A stretch of DNA of 47,135 nt from Campylobacterales bacterium (GTDB lineage: Bacteria; Campylobacterota; Campylobacteria; Campylobacterales; QNZT01): the NCBI GenBank assembly GCA_027084135.1, contig JALWLO010000076.1, positions 1-47,135 of the forward strand. The letters run 5' to 3'. A model generated the notes under the pieces. That model was given only the letters and a program-made list of their open reading frames with translations, was not told where the DNA came from and made no database searches. Below are positions 20,927 to 30,223 of the stretch, piece after piece (the stretch's first letter is position 1; every line of letters starts with the position of its first letter). Made by a program: the position numbers and the translations under genes.

Positions 20927-22729
20927 TTACTGTTTGAGTTGAAGGAGTGTATTTAACATCTGGTCAGATGTGGTGATCGTTTTTGAGTTGGCTTGGAAGC
21001 CTCTTTGAACTACGATAAGTTGCGTAAGAGAACGGCTTAGATCGACATTACTCATCTCAAGAGCGCTTGATTGGATAAATCCTCGACCGCCTTGATTTGC
21101 TTGACCGATAACCGGATCTCCGGAGTTGGCTGTCTGGATAAATACATCTCCACCGTCACTCTCTAGACCGATGTCATTTGTAAACTTAGCCATCGCTACT
21201 TGAGCCAATGCCACACTTCTACCGTTGGTAAAACTACCGATAAGCGTACCTGAGCTATCTATCCTGATTCCGTCAAGGTCTCCACCTGCAAATCCATCTT
21301 GATTTCTTCCTGAGTTTGCAGATTCGCGGTCAAAGCTAGTTATACCGTCAAATTTGTTTGATGAACCAAAGTCTAATATAATCGTTTGATTTGGAGCAGA
21401 ACCGTTATTTGCCGTATAGGTAATACTTGCCGGTGTGTAAGATGCTAACGATCCGTCAGAGTTAAAGATGATCTGCCCCTCTACCTCATTTGGTTTGACA
21501 AATCCACCTATCTCTCCCGGCTCAGGTACAGAGATCTTCATATCCCATTGAGATCCTGTTTTTGTACCGTTTGTATCATATACATATCCCTGTTTTCTAA
21601 ACTCTATCCTAACAGTGTGTTTCGTACCGAGAGAGTCAAAGATATCGATACTTGCCGCATTGGTTGCCGCATTGATCGTTTGGGTTATTTTGATGCCGCT
21701 ACTACCTGCACTAAGCTGTCCGGAAAATGACTTCATAGCTGTCTCAAAAAGTTCATTATTTTCAGTGGTAGCATCTTCGATACCTTTTACACGGATATTG
21801 AGATCAACTCCACCATTTGCGGCATTGACGCTATTTCTGATCTCAAATTTTCCTTTATCGTTTACGATGACTTCAGCAGTTGGCGATGTTTGTCTCGCAA
21901 AGTGTTGAAGGGCGGCTCTTAGATCCTCTGTTGTTCTAAACTTATACTCTCCGCTTGCTGCTGTTAGATCAACAGCCGTAGAGTTTGGTTCATATCTAAA
22001 CTTTCTAACTGTCGTTCCACCGTCAAATGTAACCTCGACACCTTGTCCCTTTTTGATATTGAATGAATTCCCCTCCGCATCAAATAGCACATTAAAATCA
22101 TCAACTTTTTCAGGATCTTTACCACCGGCTAATCCATCAGTACTATCAAGAGGTCTTATCGGAGACATTACTTTGATGTGATCTCCAGAGTTTAAGTTTG
22201 CTTTGAGACTGAGTTTGCTAGTCGGTTTTGCCGGCGTTGTTAAGCCCGGTGGGATCAAGATATCTCTGATCGGTGCGGTATTGTCGATCTTTCCTGTCTT
22301 CTTATCTCTAGTCCAGCCTTGAACGATCAAACCTTTGTTGTTGACAAAATTTCCGTTTGCATCGAAAAGAAAGTCGCCGTTTCGGGAATACTTATAAGTT
22401 CTTCCGCCATCTTCACTCAAAACAAAGAAGCCGTTACCCTGTATAGCGAGATCGGTATTTTTCCCCGTAGTTTGTACCGAACCTTGGGCAAACATTCTAG
22501 TGATCGAGTTTACCTGAGTTCCAAGACCAACTTGTTGCGGGTTTTTACCGCCTGAGCTATCTTGCGGAGCGGTAGCGATTTTACTCGTTTGGCTAAGCAT
22601 ATCAGAAAAGTTTGCTCTTGAGTACTTAAACCCTATCGTATTTACATTGGCGATATTGTTACCCTCAACATCCATAGCGATTTGGTGTGCTTGAAGCCCG
22701 GATACCCCAGACCAAAGAGATCTCATCAT
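20927..22729 (-). CDS. flgE: Flagellar hook protein FlgE (long epsilonproteobacterial type).
   Basis: A 600-aa ORF with the conserved FlgE N-terminus (SGLQAHQIAMDVEGNNIANVNT). Its C-terminus has the Flg_bbr_C rod/hook motif. Confidence 0.9.
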   Translation of the reverse strand: MMRSLWSGVSGLQAHQIAMDVEGNNIANVNTIGFKYSRANFSDMLSQTSKIATAPQDSSGGKNPQQVGLGTQVNSITRMFAQGSVQTTGKNTDLAIQGNGFFVLSEDGGRTYKYSRNGDFLFDANGNFVNNKGLIVQGWTRDKKTGKIDNTAPIRDILIPPGLTTPAKPTSKLSLKANLNSGDHIKVMSPIRPLDSTDGLAGGKDPEKVDDFNVLFDAEGNSFNIKKGQGVEVTFDGGTTVRKFRYEPNSTAVDLTAASGEYKFRTTEDLRAALQHFARQTSPTAEVIVNDKGKFEIRNSVNAANGGVDLNIRVKGIEDATTENNELFETAMKSFSGQLSAGSSGIKITQTINAATNAASIDIFDSLGTKHTVRIEFRKQGYVYDTNGTKTGSQWDMKISVPEPGEIGGFVKPNEVEGQIIFNSDGSLASYTPASITYTANNGSAPNQTIILDFGSSNKFDGITSFDRESANSGRNQDGFAGGDLDGIRIDSSGTLIGSFTNGRSVALAQVAMAKFTNDIGLESDGGDVFIQTANSGDPVIGQANQGGRGFIQSSALEMSNVDLSRSLTQLIVVQRGFQANSKTITTSDQMLNTLLQLKQ

Positions 22730-22774
22730 CGTTTCATCCTTTGTGTTGGTTTTAATGTTATGTAATTAATGTGA

Positions 22775-22790
22775 AGCAAGGAGTGTGCCC
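22775..22790 (-). promoter_or_regulatory. Sigma54 (RpoN) -24/-12 promoter of flgE.
   Basis: The minus strand reads GGGCAC-ACTCC-TTGCT with GG-N10-GC spacing. It lies about 47 nt upstream of the flgE ATG. Confidence 0.6.
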
Positions 22791-22818
22791 AAAAATAGGG
22801 CACTTAAATTATCTTAAT

Positions 22819-24144
22819 TTATCTTTTCATATTTATCGCATTTTGTATCAGTTGATCACTAGTGGTGATACTTTTACTATTTGCGTCAAATGCTTTTTGC
22901 ATTACAATCAGCTCAGTTAGTGCCGTTGTGATGCTTACATTGGACATCTCAACTTTATGGTTGAGGATAGACGCTATATCTGCATATGTGCCATCACTAC
23001 TTGTATAAACTTTAGCTTTTCCACTGTTTGCACTCTCTTTAAAACGTGTGCCTCCTATCTTTTCAAGTCCTTGGTTATTATCAAAGTGAAATGAGACTAT
23101 TTTTGCAATCGGTATTGTTTTGCCGTTATCAAAAGAGGCTAATATATTGCCTTTCGCATCAATATTGTAATCCAACAAAACACCTGCTTTGTTACCGTTC
23201 TTTTTTATATCTTTTTCACTTGCATTTGCTAAAGCGATAAGACCGTCATAGCCACTATTTTTTATATTTGGAGAGTATGGAGTTCCAAAGTTTAGTGTTA
23301 TATTTGTGCCGTTATTATCGATAGATGTTAAAGTATTTGATATAAGAGCTCCATTTTCGTTAAATTGGATTTGTCCCTCTTTAGTACTAACAATATTTCC
23401 ATTACTATCTTTGATAACAGCTTTCGCATCCCATATCGATCCAATTGATTTTTGTGGAATCTGCTTTTGAAATGTTATAGCAAGTAGATTTGTATTTCCT
23501 TTTGAGTCGTAAATTTCTGTTTGATACACATCCTTGTTTCTAATCTCTTCCATTTTATGTGTGATAGGCGATAACTCTTTTTTGATAGTCGGGTCAAGTG
23601 GACCTATCAAATGCACATTTTTGGTCGGTTCTGCATTGATAGTCAGAGTCTCAGGTATATGTATCGGCTTTTGATCTTTGACATCTACCACTTTTATAGT
23701 CATGTTTGGATTTGATTTGATAGCTCCGTTTTGGATATTTCCGGCATCGGTTCCTAAAACAAATGCACCGTTTTCATCGACTAAAAATCCTTTAGCGTCT
23801 CGATTGAAATTACCCGCTCTTGTGTAAAATCTATCTCCATTTTCATCTTGAAGACCGAAAAAGCCGTCCCCTTCTATAGCAAGGTCATATTTATTGGGTG
23901 AGTCTATTAGCGCTCCCCTATTGAAGTTGAGTGCACTGCCGCTTAGTACCGATCCAACGCCTCTATCGTTACTTACGGGATCCAAAAAGTTATCAGCGGC
24001 GATTTCGGAGTATATCGTGGAAAATTCGGCAGTCGTCGCACGAAATCCGGGTGTATTTACATTTGCGATATTGTCGGCGACGATATCGATGCCGATTTGG
24101 TGGGCTTTCATCCCCGCTACACCGTTATAAAATGATGAGTTCAT
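22819..24144 (-). CDS. FlgE-family flagellar hook protein paralog (gene downstream of flgD).
   Basis: A 441-aa ORF. Its N-terminus SSFYNGVAGMKAHQIGIDIVADNIANVNTPGF and C-terminal rod/hook motif fit the family. Confidence 0.8.
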   Translation of the reverse strand: MNSSFYNGVAGMKAHQIGIDIVADNIANVNTPGFRATTAEFSTIYSEIAADNFLDPVSNDRGVGSVLSGSALNFNRGALIDSPNKYDLAIEGDGFFGLQDENGDRFYTRAGNFNRDAKGFLVDENGAFVLGTDAGNIQNGAIKSNPNMTIKVVDVKDQKPIHIPETLTINAEPTKNVHLIGPLDPTIKKELSPITHKMEEIRNKDVYQTEIYDSKGNTNLLAITFQKQIPQKSIGSIWDAKAVIKDSNGNIVSTKEGQIQFNENGALISNTLTSIDNNGTNITLNFGTPYSPNIKNSGYDGLIALANASEKDIKKNGNKAGVLLDYNIDAKGNILASFDNGKTIPIAKIVSFHFDNNQGLEKIGGTRFKESANSGKAKVYTSSDGTYADIASILNHKVEMSNVSITTALTELIVMQKAFDANSKSITTSDQLIQNAINMKR

Positions 24145-24146
24145 CT

Positions 24147-24842
24147 CTATTTACCCCCATTTTTTGGATCATAGATCTCTGCTACATTTTCAAACGCTAT
24201 GTAGCTTCCGTTAAGCTTGACAAAGGTCTTTTCATCTTCAAACTTAACCGACTCGATCTTGTATGAGCCAAATTTTCCCTCAAAATGTGCACCGTCAGGC
24301 GTCTCATACTTGGCTATGACTTTATATTTGCCCGCTTTGGCATTATCGCCGGTGCTTGTCGTTCCATCCCATTTTATCGTTTTGCTACCTTTCTCTCCCG
24401 GTTCTAACTCAAGTGTCTTGACAAGCCTGTTTTTCTCATCGTAGATATAGACTTCACCCTTTTTGATAGCATCTTCAAACTCCATTTGAAAGCTTGTAGG
24501 GGACGGTTTACCGTCTTTAGTCTGTTTTAACTCTATGTGATTGTCAAGCCGTGCCATCTTACCTATCGCCGCGACGGCGGAGAAGTTTTTGGTATTGGCG
24601 AAGCTTTTGGCGAGATTTTCGAGTGCCTTGTTTGTCTTTGTTTGAGCTTCAAGTGATGCAAGCTCGGAAGTTTGGCTAAGTATCTTATCGGTATCCATCG
24701 GACTTGTCGGATCTTGATACTGAAGCTGTGTGATGAGTAGCTTTAAAAAGTCATCTTTACCTAGTATCGACTTTGGATTGACGCTACTTGCATTGCCTAA
24801 AAAGCCCGCTACCGAGTTGGTTGCTTGATCTACCGCTGCCAT
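24147..24842 (-). CDS. flgD: Flagellar hook capping/assembly protein FlgD.
   Basis: Carries the DFLKLLITQLQYQDPTSPMD FlgD signature. It is 231 aa. Confidence 0.85.
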   Translation of the reverse strand: MAAVDQATNSVAGFLGNASSVNPKSILGKDDFLKLLITQLQYQDPTSPMDTDKILSQTSELASLEAQTKTNKALENLAKSFANTKNFSAVAAIGKMARLDNHIELKQTKDGKPSPTSFQMEFEDAIKKGEVYIYDEKNRLVKTLELEPGEKGSKTIKWDGTTSTGDNAKAGKYKVIAKYETPDGAHFEGKFGSYKIESVKFEDEKTFVKLNGSYIAFENVAEIYDPKNGGK

Positions 24843-24851
24843 CTTCGCTCC

Positions 24852-26366
24852 TTATACATAGTATGGTAGGATCACATCCACGCTTGGGTTGTTCTCCTCT
24901 TCATAATTTTCAAAATCCGCCTGATGTCGACTTCCTTTTTTGCCTTGTTGCTGTCCTTTGCTCTCATCGTTTTGTGAGAAGTTCATCTGAAGATCGCTAA
25001 ATCCCATATTGACAAGCGAGTTTCTAAACTCTGCTTGGTTTTGCATAAAGATAGCCATCGAGTTTGGATTTGAAGTGATGTTTACATGCAGTGAGTTTCC
25101 TCTGTTGATGAGTGTTACATCCACTTCACCGAGGTTTTGTGGATTTAGTTGCATTTTTACCTTCATAAGAGGCGGTTTATAGCTCTCAACCTTCTCTTTA
25201 AACTCCATGGCAAATGTGTTGAGTGTCCTTTTGACCTCCGGCGCCTCTTTTGTCTTGACCGAGATATCACTTTTTATAGTAGTTGTAGAGCCTTTATCTT
25301 CATGTGTTATCTCATCGCTGTTGAGTGTTTCGAGCGATTTGTCCTCTTTTGTACTATCGCTTTTTTGTATAGGCTCTTTGGGCTCTAATGCGGCTCTATT
25401 TTGGACGCTATCTTTTTGATCGCTATTTTTGAGTAGCGTAGTGAGGGTGTTTTTGTGATTTTTATGGTGTTGTACGGAGTCAAATCCATCATCAGATAGG
25501 AGATTTTCACTATCCTTAGTACTAATGATTTGCTCTTTTTTGGATGATTGTTTGTGATGATCTATATCCAAAATATTTTCATTTGTGGAATTTGAGTTTA
25601 GATTTTGAGTATGTTTTTTACTTTGCTGAGGTATATCTTTTTTTAGTACTAGGTTTTCATTAGTACTAGGCTTTTGATTTTTTTCTGTATGATTACTGTT
25701 TAATATTTCATGCAAAATACTTTTAGGCGCTTTTATATCTTTTGTAACTACTTTTTTGTTTGATATTGTCTTTAAAATGAAAGGTTTGTTTGATTTTAGT
25801 TGCTCAGCCATCTGAAATATATCGGAGCTTGTTAGTTTATTTACTAACTTTTTGTCTTTTGGATCAAGAGCTAGTTTTTCACTAAAAAATTGGAAGTTTT
25901 TCACCTCTATGCCGTTATCTTTAGCAATCTTGAGAAGATCTTTGATGGTTTTCGCGTTTTTAAGTGCCGAGATGACAGCTTTATCTTTGAGTGCAAGCGC
26001 TAATGTTTTTGACTTAGTACTAAAGGTACTTAAATCCTCTCCGTTTTTTACCATAAGCGCTACTTTAAATAGCTCCTCAAGCAAGGCAAATTCACCTTGA
26101 CTTTCATCTAAATTCTGCTCTTTTAACTCACCGCCTGAAAAAAATGATACTTTTTTACCCATCTGCGGTAAACTACTCTCAAAATCAAGCAATTTTGAGA
26201 GTAAAAATGAATGATTTAAACTCTCCTCATCCTCATTGACAAGTTTTTCTATCAAAGAAGCAAAGAGATTTTCATCACCATTTTCTTGAGTATTTTTAAC
26301 TAAACTTTTAGAAAATTTTATATCTTTATTTTCCGGGGCGGTTTGTAGTATCATACCGTTCATCAA
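24852..26366 (-). CDS. fliK: Flagellar hook-length control protein FliK.
   Basis: A low-complexity S/N/K/Q-rich central region. The C-terminal Flg_hook domain reads LNPQNLGEVDVTL...HVNITSNP. Confidence 0.7.
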   Translation of the reverse strand: MMNGMILQTAPENKDIKFSKSLVKNTQENGDENLFASLIEKLVNEDEESLNHSFLLSKLLDFESSLPQMGKKVSFFSGGELKEQNLDESQGEFALLEELFKVALMVKNGEDLSTFSTKSKTLALALKDKAVISALKNAKTIKDLLKIAKDNGIEVKNFQFFSEKLALDPKDKKLVNKLTSSDIFQMAEQLKSNKPFILKTISNKKVVTKDIKAPKSILHEILNSNHTEKNQKPSTNENLVLKKDIPQQSKKHTQNLNSNSTNENILDIDHHKQSSKKEQIISTKDSENLLSDDGFDSVQHHKNHKNTLTTLLKNSDQKDSVQNRAALEPKEPIQKSDSTKEDKSLETLNSDEITHEDKGSTTTIKSDISVKTKEAPEVKRTLNTFAMEFKEKVESYKPPLMKVKMQLNPQNLGEVDVTLINRGNSLHVNITSNPNSMAIFMQNQAEFRNSLVNMGFSDLQMNFSQNDESKGQQQGKKGSRHQADFENYEEENNPSVDVILPYYV

Positions 26367-26400
26367 AACTCCTTAGATTCGCATTTCTATAGGAGTTTGT

Positions 26401-26417
26401 AGCAACAACCGTGCCAA
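26401..26417 (-). promoter_or_regulatory. Sigma54 -24/-12 promoter of the fliK-flgD-flgE-paralog operon.
   Basis: The minus strand reads TTGGCAC-GGTTG-TTGCT, a perfect match to the TGGCAC-N5-TTGC consensus. It lies 35 nt upstream of the fliK ATG. Confidence 0.75.
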
Positions 26418-26469
26418 GTTATGGAGTTGTTTGTTTGCCTATATCAAGCCCATAAAGCAACCTACTGCT

Positions 26470-27603
26470 TTATAGGCTATTTTCACCCTCCTTTGTACCC
26501 TTTAGGTCAATCAAGCCGTTCATCACTCCCTCAAAACCGTTATAGATATTGAGAGTGCCGACTGTTTGGGTGATCTTCTCCAATGCTTCAAGCTCTTTAA
26601 GTCTTGCCAAAGCCGGATTGTCTTTCATCAGTTTAGCTGTATTAAGAAGTGAACGAGTTGCCGCTGTCTCCTCTCTTCGTCTGATGTTGTTGGCTTCGGC
26701 TCTCTTTGTCGCTTCGATCACTTGGTTAAAGATCTCACGCATATCACCCGGAAGGATTATATCTTTGATATAAACCCCTTTGACTTCTACGCCTACCTCT
26801 TTGCACACTTCATAGAGTTTTTGAAGTACGGCTTTTGAGAGTGTATGTTGTTGTTGCAAAATTTCATCGATTTTAAGCGCTCCGATATGCTCTCTTGCCG
26901 CAAATTGCAACTGTTTATAGAGATACTCTCTTGGATCATCGACTCTGTTAAGATATGCTGTGCCGTCTATAATTTGGTAGTGCATCGTTAGATTGCACCT
27001 CAAAGTCACTTTATCTGCTGAAAGCAGCTCTTGACCGCTAATCTCAAGCTCTTGAACACGCATATCGATCATCTTTACATCGATATCGAAAAAATCCGCA
27101 TAATAGTAGTGCTTACCCGGCTCCAATATCTTGACAAACTCCTCATTTGCATAGAGGTATCCTTTGGCAAACTTCTCTATAACAATCTTTTTTACCCCGT
27201 TTAACGGAGGCAACTTTTCAAGATAATCTATATGTTTTTGGCTGACTTCATACTCCTTTTTGATATCTATCTTTTCGACTTCAAGAGTATATTCTTTAAA
27301 ATAGAGCTTCAAGCCACCCGCTTCCAACAACTCCATAGGTTGTCCGTCTATCATAACATATGCCCTTTCGTGAGCCTCTAATTCAACGATATGAAAGTGC
27401 CGTTTGATCAGCTCAGGGTAAAGCTTGTAGAGTCGTTGCGCCCTCTCTCTGCCGATACCGTACGGTGTAAAAGGGATATACTCGATGCGATAATGTGTAA
27501 AAGGGAAAAATCCCTTATGTACCCCTGCATCCAAAACTTCTATCAACTTCTCATTTTTGTAAAGTAGTGCTTTTTCTGTCTCTTTTACTCTTATCATAAA
27601 CAT
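26470..27603 (-). CDS. SPFH/band-7 (stomatin/prohibitin-like) domain protein with a long N-terminal extension.
   Basis: The C-terminal half shows the SPFH pattern (VKGVYIKDIILPGDMREIFNQVIEATKRAEANNIRRREETAA). An RBS AGGAGAAAAAT lies upstream. Confidence 0.55.
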   Translation of the reverse strand: MFMIRVKETEKALLYKNEKLIEVLDAGVHKGFFPFTHYRIEYIPFTPYGIGRERAQRLYKLYPELIKRHFHIVELEAHERAYVMIDGQPMELLEAGGLKLYFKEYTLEVEKIDIKKEYEVSQKHIDYLEKLPPLNGVKKIVIEKFAKGYLYANEEFVKILEPGKHYYYADFFDIDVKMIDMRVQELEISGQELLSADKVTLRCNLTMHYQIIDGTAYLNRVDDPREYLYKQLQFAAREHIGALKIDEILQQQHTLSKAVLQKLYEVCKEVGVEVKGVYIKDIILPGDMREIFNQVIEATKRAEANNIRRREETAATRSLLNTAKLMKDNPALARLKELEALEKITQTVGTLNIYNGFEGVMNGLIDLKGTKEGENSL

Positions 27604-27840
27604 ATTTTTCTCCTAGGTATGATCGCACTACGGAGCGTAGTGGAGTCGAAGTATCTGACGGAGTTTTACCGAAAGTTCTTATAATCCCTATGGATCTGAA
27701 CCTTCGGCGCATCCGTTTTCAACATCGACTGCAAGACTATCGCCCTAGTAGTTGCGATCGGTTTCAATATCCAAAGATAAGCTCTTTGGGAGCTGGAAAA
27801 AAGCATCCAAAATGCTTTGCCTTACCATTAGGCGTCAATA

Positions 27841-27960
27841 GGGTAAAAACCTACGGTAGGATTCGAACCTACAAAGCCAACATTTCGTTCTACCTCTGAA
27901 CTACATACCCTCACGGTATGGCAGGAGTCGAACCTGCGTCCTAAATGTTTGATGTGCATC
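27841..27960 (-). pseudogene. Cluster of tRNA-like fragments: a canonical tRNA 3' half lies directly 5' of a canonical tRNA 5' half, followed by a second T-arm.
   Basis: Minus-strand RNA from 27960 to 27914 reads CAUUU-AGGAC-GCAGG-UUCGACU-CCUGC-CAUACCG (anticodon-stem 3' strand, variable loop, T arm, acceptor 3' strand). After 4 nt comes GGGUAUG-UA-GUUC-AGAGGUA-GAAC-G-AAAUG at 27910-27880 (acceptor 5' strand, U8, D arm, anticodon-stem 5' strand). The stems are mutually complementary. A further GUAGG-UUCGAAU-CCUAC T-arm lies at about 27857-27873, and a UUCGACUCC motif at about 27640. No canonical linear cloverleaf could be closed. Confidence 0.4.
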
Positions 27961-28104
27961 CTCATACAGCGACCGCAGCGCAGACCTGCAAGCAGGCAGT
28001 CCCAACTACCTTTGCACGACATAAGTATAAGCTACTTTTTGGACATATAGTGTCCGATGAAATTTTTTATGATATTGGTTTGTATCTGAATAACATTCTC
28101 TCAT

Positions 28105-28539
28105 TTATGTCAAATACTTCTTTACAAATGCCTCGGCATTCAAACACTCAATCTCCTTGGAGACAAAACGCTTGTCATTGGTTACGATTGCATTGCATCT
28201 GGTATTGAGCGCCAAGATGTACTGAATGGTATCTTCAAAGTCTTTATAGTCTGTATCGCTGCACATTAGTGCAATGGTCTCGGAGAGCTCTTTTTCTCCA
28301 AACGGGATAATGCTTACGGATGTTTTCAAAAACTCTATGGCATCTAAGGCTTTTTCTCTTGAGATATATTTTGCCGTAATGTAGTAGATATTTGTAGCCA
28401 CATCACATGATGTGTATATCTTCATTTTGCGTTTCAATGCACCGATATAGGCTTGTGAACTCTCTTTAAAAGCCGTTCGTCTTTCATCAAAAATATCGTT
28501 AAAGATGTTGGCATCAAAAAAGACTCTCTTACTTCTCAC
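28105..28539 (-). CDS. PIN-domain (VapC-like) toxin.
   Basis: A VFFDANIF N-terminal Asp plus TNIYY...SDTDYKDFEDT...IVTND acidic residues in a PIN arrangement. It overlaps the upstream small ORF by 11 nt. Confidence 0.65.
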   Translation of the reverse strand: MRSKRVFFDANIFNDIFDERRTAFKESSQAYIGALKRKMKIYTSCDVATNIYYITAKYISREKALDAIEFLKTSVSIIPFGEKELSETIALMCSDTDYKDFEDTIQYILALNTRCNAIVTNDKRFVSKEIECLNAEAFVKKYLT

Positions 28540-28801
28540 GGTTTGCCTTTATCCACTGGATATCGACATGCTCGGGAAACATCCCTGTAAAGATACCCGA
28601 TAGTTTTTCCGCTGCTTCCAGCTTCTTTTCCAGTTCGTAGTCCGCTACCTTTTCTTCTATGAGCTCTTGGATCACTTGGCTCTGTTTTTTATTCATCTTT
28701 TTTGCCAGATATTCTAAATCTTTGGCTATATGTTCGGGCATCGTAAAATTTTTTCTCACTGACATCGATACTCCTTTGATAATGTGTATTTGTTTATACA
28801 C
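28529..28801 (-). CDS. Ribbon-helix-helix-type antitoxin candidate.
   Basis: A 90-aa ORF with a VRKNFTMPEHIAKDLEYLAKKM beta-alpha-alpha pattern. It is translationally coupled to the PIN gene. Confidence 0.55.
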   Translation of the reverse strand: MYKQIHIIKGVSMSVRKNFTMPEHIAKDLEYLAKKMNKKQSQVIQELIEEKVADYELEKKLEAAEKLSGIFTGMFPEHVDIQWIKANREK

Positions 28802-28998
28802 ATTATACTATGCAACGCTTATGATGTCAACCCGATCTCTATGATTTGCCCCAAATCTCGAAATGGATGTGTTGGAGTCTAGCGGGGATGTTATATTGAA
28901 TTTACATCATCGATATTTTTTATTATTGACGATATTAAGTGTTTCCATATGCAAAATCTTCTTTCCTACCACCCTCGCAGGCGATCAATCTCTGCTGT

Positions 28999-29232
28999 TC
29001 AAAGTCGGTGAATGCGTAACATCTCATTTGCACCCTTTTGGAACTCATAGTTTGTTTTGACAATTTCGGTTTCAAAACCCTTCTCTTCCAATATCTTTAA
29101 AACCGGTTCGAGATGTTTTGAAGTTTGGTTATTGAGGTCAAGAAGCGGAAATATCCTCACCTCGTTATTTGCCAGCCGTAAGTAAAAACATGCTCCGGTA
29201 CTCTTCAAGATTTCTCCCCCACGGGACGACAT
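28999..29232 (-). CDS. Hypothetical small protein (77 aa).
   Basis: ORF only. It competes with an overlapping plus-strand 65-aa ORF and was chosen for co-orientation with its neighbours. Confidence 0.3.
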   Translation of the reverse strand: MSSRGGEILKSTGACFYLRLANNEVRIFPLLDLNNQTSKHLEPVLKILEEKGFETEIVKTNYEFQKGANEMLRIHRL

Positions 29233-29356
29233 TTTCCAATTTCACTTTATATCCTTAAAAATGATGTTTTTGTTTTCTCATGAATACTAACCCATCGTAC
29301 ATATCTTTGAATTCTTGCTATTTTGAGTACCCATTTTTCAACTTTTATAGCTATGA

Positions 29357-30121
29357 CTATACCGCATCGGGCGATAATTCCGAAGTGAGCCGACACTTTT
29401 CGCACTTAAAGGCGATAGCATCGTCGATATTTTTACCCGCTATCAGCCACTCTCCATGACATAAGGGGCACTTTTGGTTTCTATCTTCATTTTTACTCCA
29501 GGTTCTGTTATTAAAGAGATGATAAAATGTGGGTTTGCGGGTCAATTTTTCTATCTCCTTGCAAAGCTTCAAACCCTCTTTATTTAGCGCCGAGTTTATA
29601 TCTTTAAGCTCTTTTTGTGCAAAAGCTTCATATGAACCGCTACTTATCCAGAGGTGAAAAATACGACTGTATTCTCTATCCCAATAACGAATATCATCGA
29701 ATATCTTATTTTCAGACCATGGGTTAAAGAGACGATATAAAGGGATGGGATTGTATGTGTCTTCACTAAGGATCGGGGAAGCCCAGCCGAAACGAAATAG
29801 TAAAAAAGAGGGATTTTGCGGTATAGAGTAGTGGGGATTGTCAGCATCTCTACCTTTTTGTTGATATATGATTCTTGTTCCGATTTTACTCTCTATCTCC
29901 TTTTTTGTCTCCCAGCCATATTTGTCGTGATACGCTTTTAAAAAAGCATCTTTTTCAAAGGTAAATACCGAAATCGTCAAGAGACCATTTTCTATACTTA
30001 CAAGATTTTTATCCCGCACTATCTGCCCGGTAGCTTCTAAAAAATAGAGATATGTATATGCATCATGGATGATGTCAGTATTATGGTTTTGGATGATGAT
30101 CTCGTAAGCATACATAATCAA
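29357..30121 (-). CDS. Hypothetical protein with a C-terminal Cys4 zinc ribbon (DUF2310-like).
   Basis: A 254-aa ORF whose C-terminus reads CPLCHGEW...FKCEKCRL. No catalytic motif was recognised. Confidence 0.45.
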   Translation of the reverse strand: MIMYAYEIIIQNHNTDIIHDAYTYLYFLEATGQIVRDKNLVSIENGLLTISVFTFEKDAFLKAYHDKYGWETKKEIESKIGTRIIYQQKGRDADNPHYSIPQNPSFLLFRFGWASPILSEDTYNPIPLYRLFNPWSENKIFDDIRYWDREYSRIFHLWISSGSYEAFAQKELKDINSALNKEGLKLCKEIEKLTRKPTFYHLFNNRTWSKNEDRNQKCPLCHGEWLIAGKNIDDAIAFKCEKCRLTSELSPDAV

Positions 30122-30223
30122 CCTTTTTTAAAGTATGATAGCAAAAATTGATAGCAACTCCATACAAACTACACACAAAAGATATACAATCCACCTGTAA
30201 ACAAATTTACAAGGGAGAAATTT

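Noticed and set aside
27690-28022. ORFs 27690..27899 (+) and 27828..28022 (-) inside the tRNA-like region.
   Set aside because: They overlap the T-arm and acceptor-like RNA motifs. They have no RBS and low-complexity translations.
27605-28104. tmRNA or RNase P RNA in the 500-bp untranslated spacer.
   Set aside because: No GGGGCUG...UCCACCA ends, no resume-codon/tag ORF and no GGAAAGUCCGGGC or ACAGAAMCCGGCUUA motifs were found. Only tRNA-like fragments are present.
28863-29060. Plus-strand 65-aa ORF competing with the minus-strand 77-aa ORF.
   Set aside because: Its orientation conflicts with all neighbours, which are minus-strand. It is hydrophobic and low-complexity. It was kept only as an alternative.
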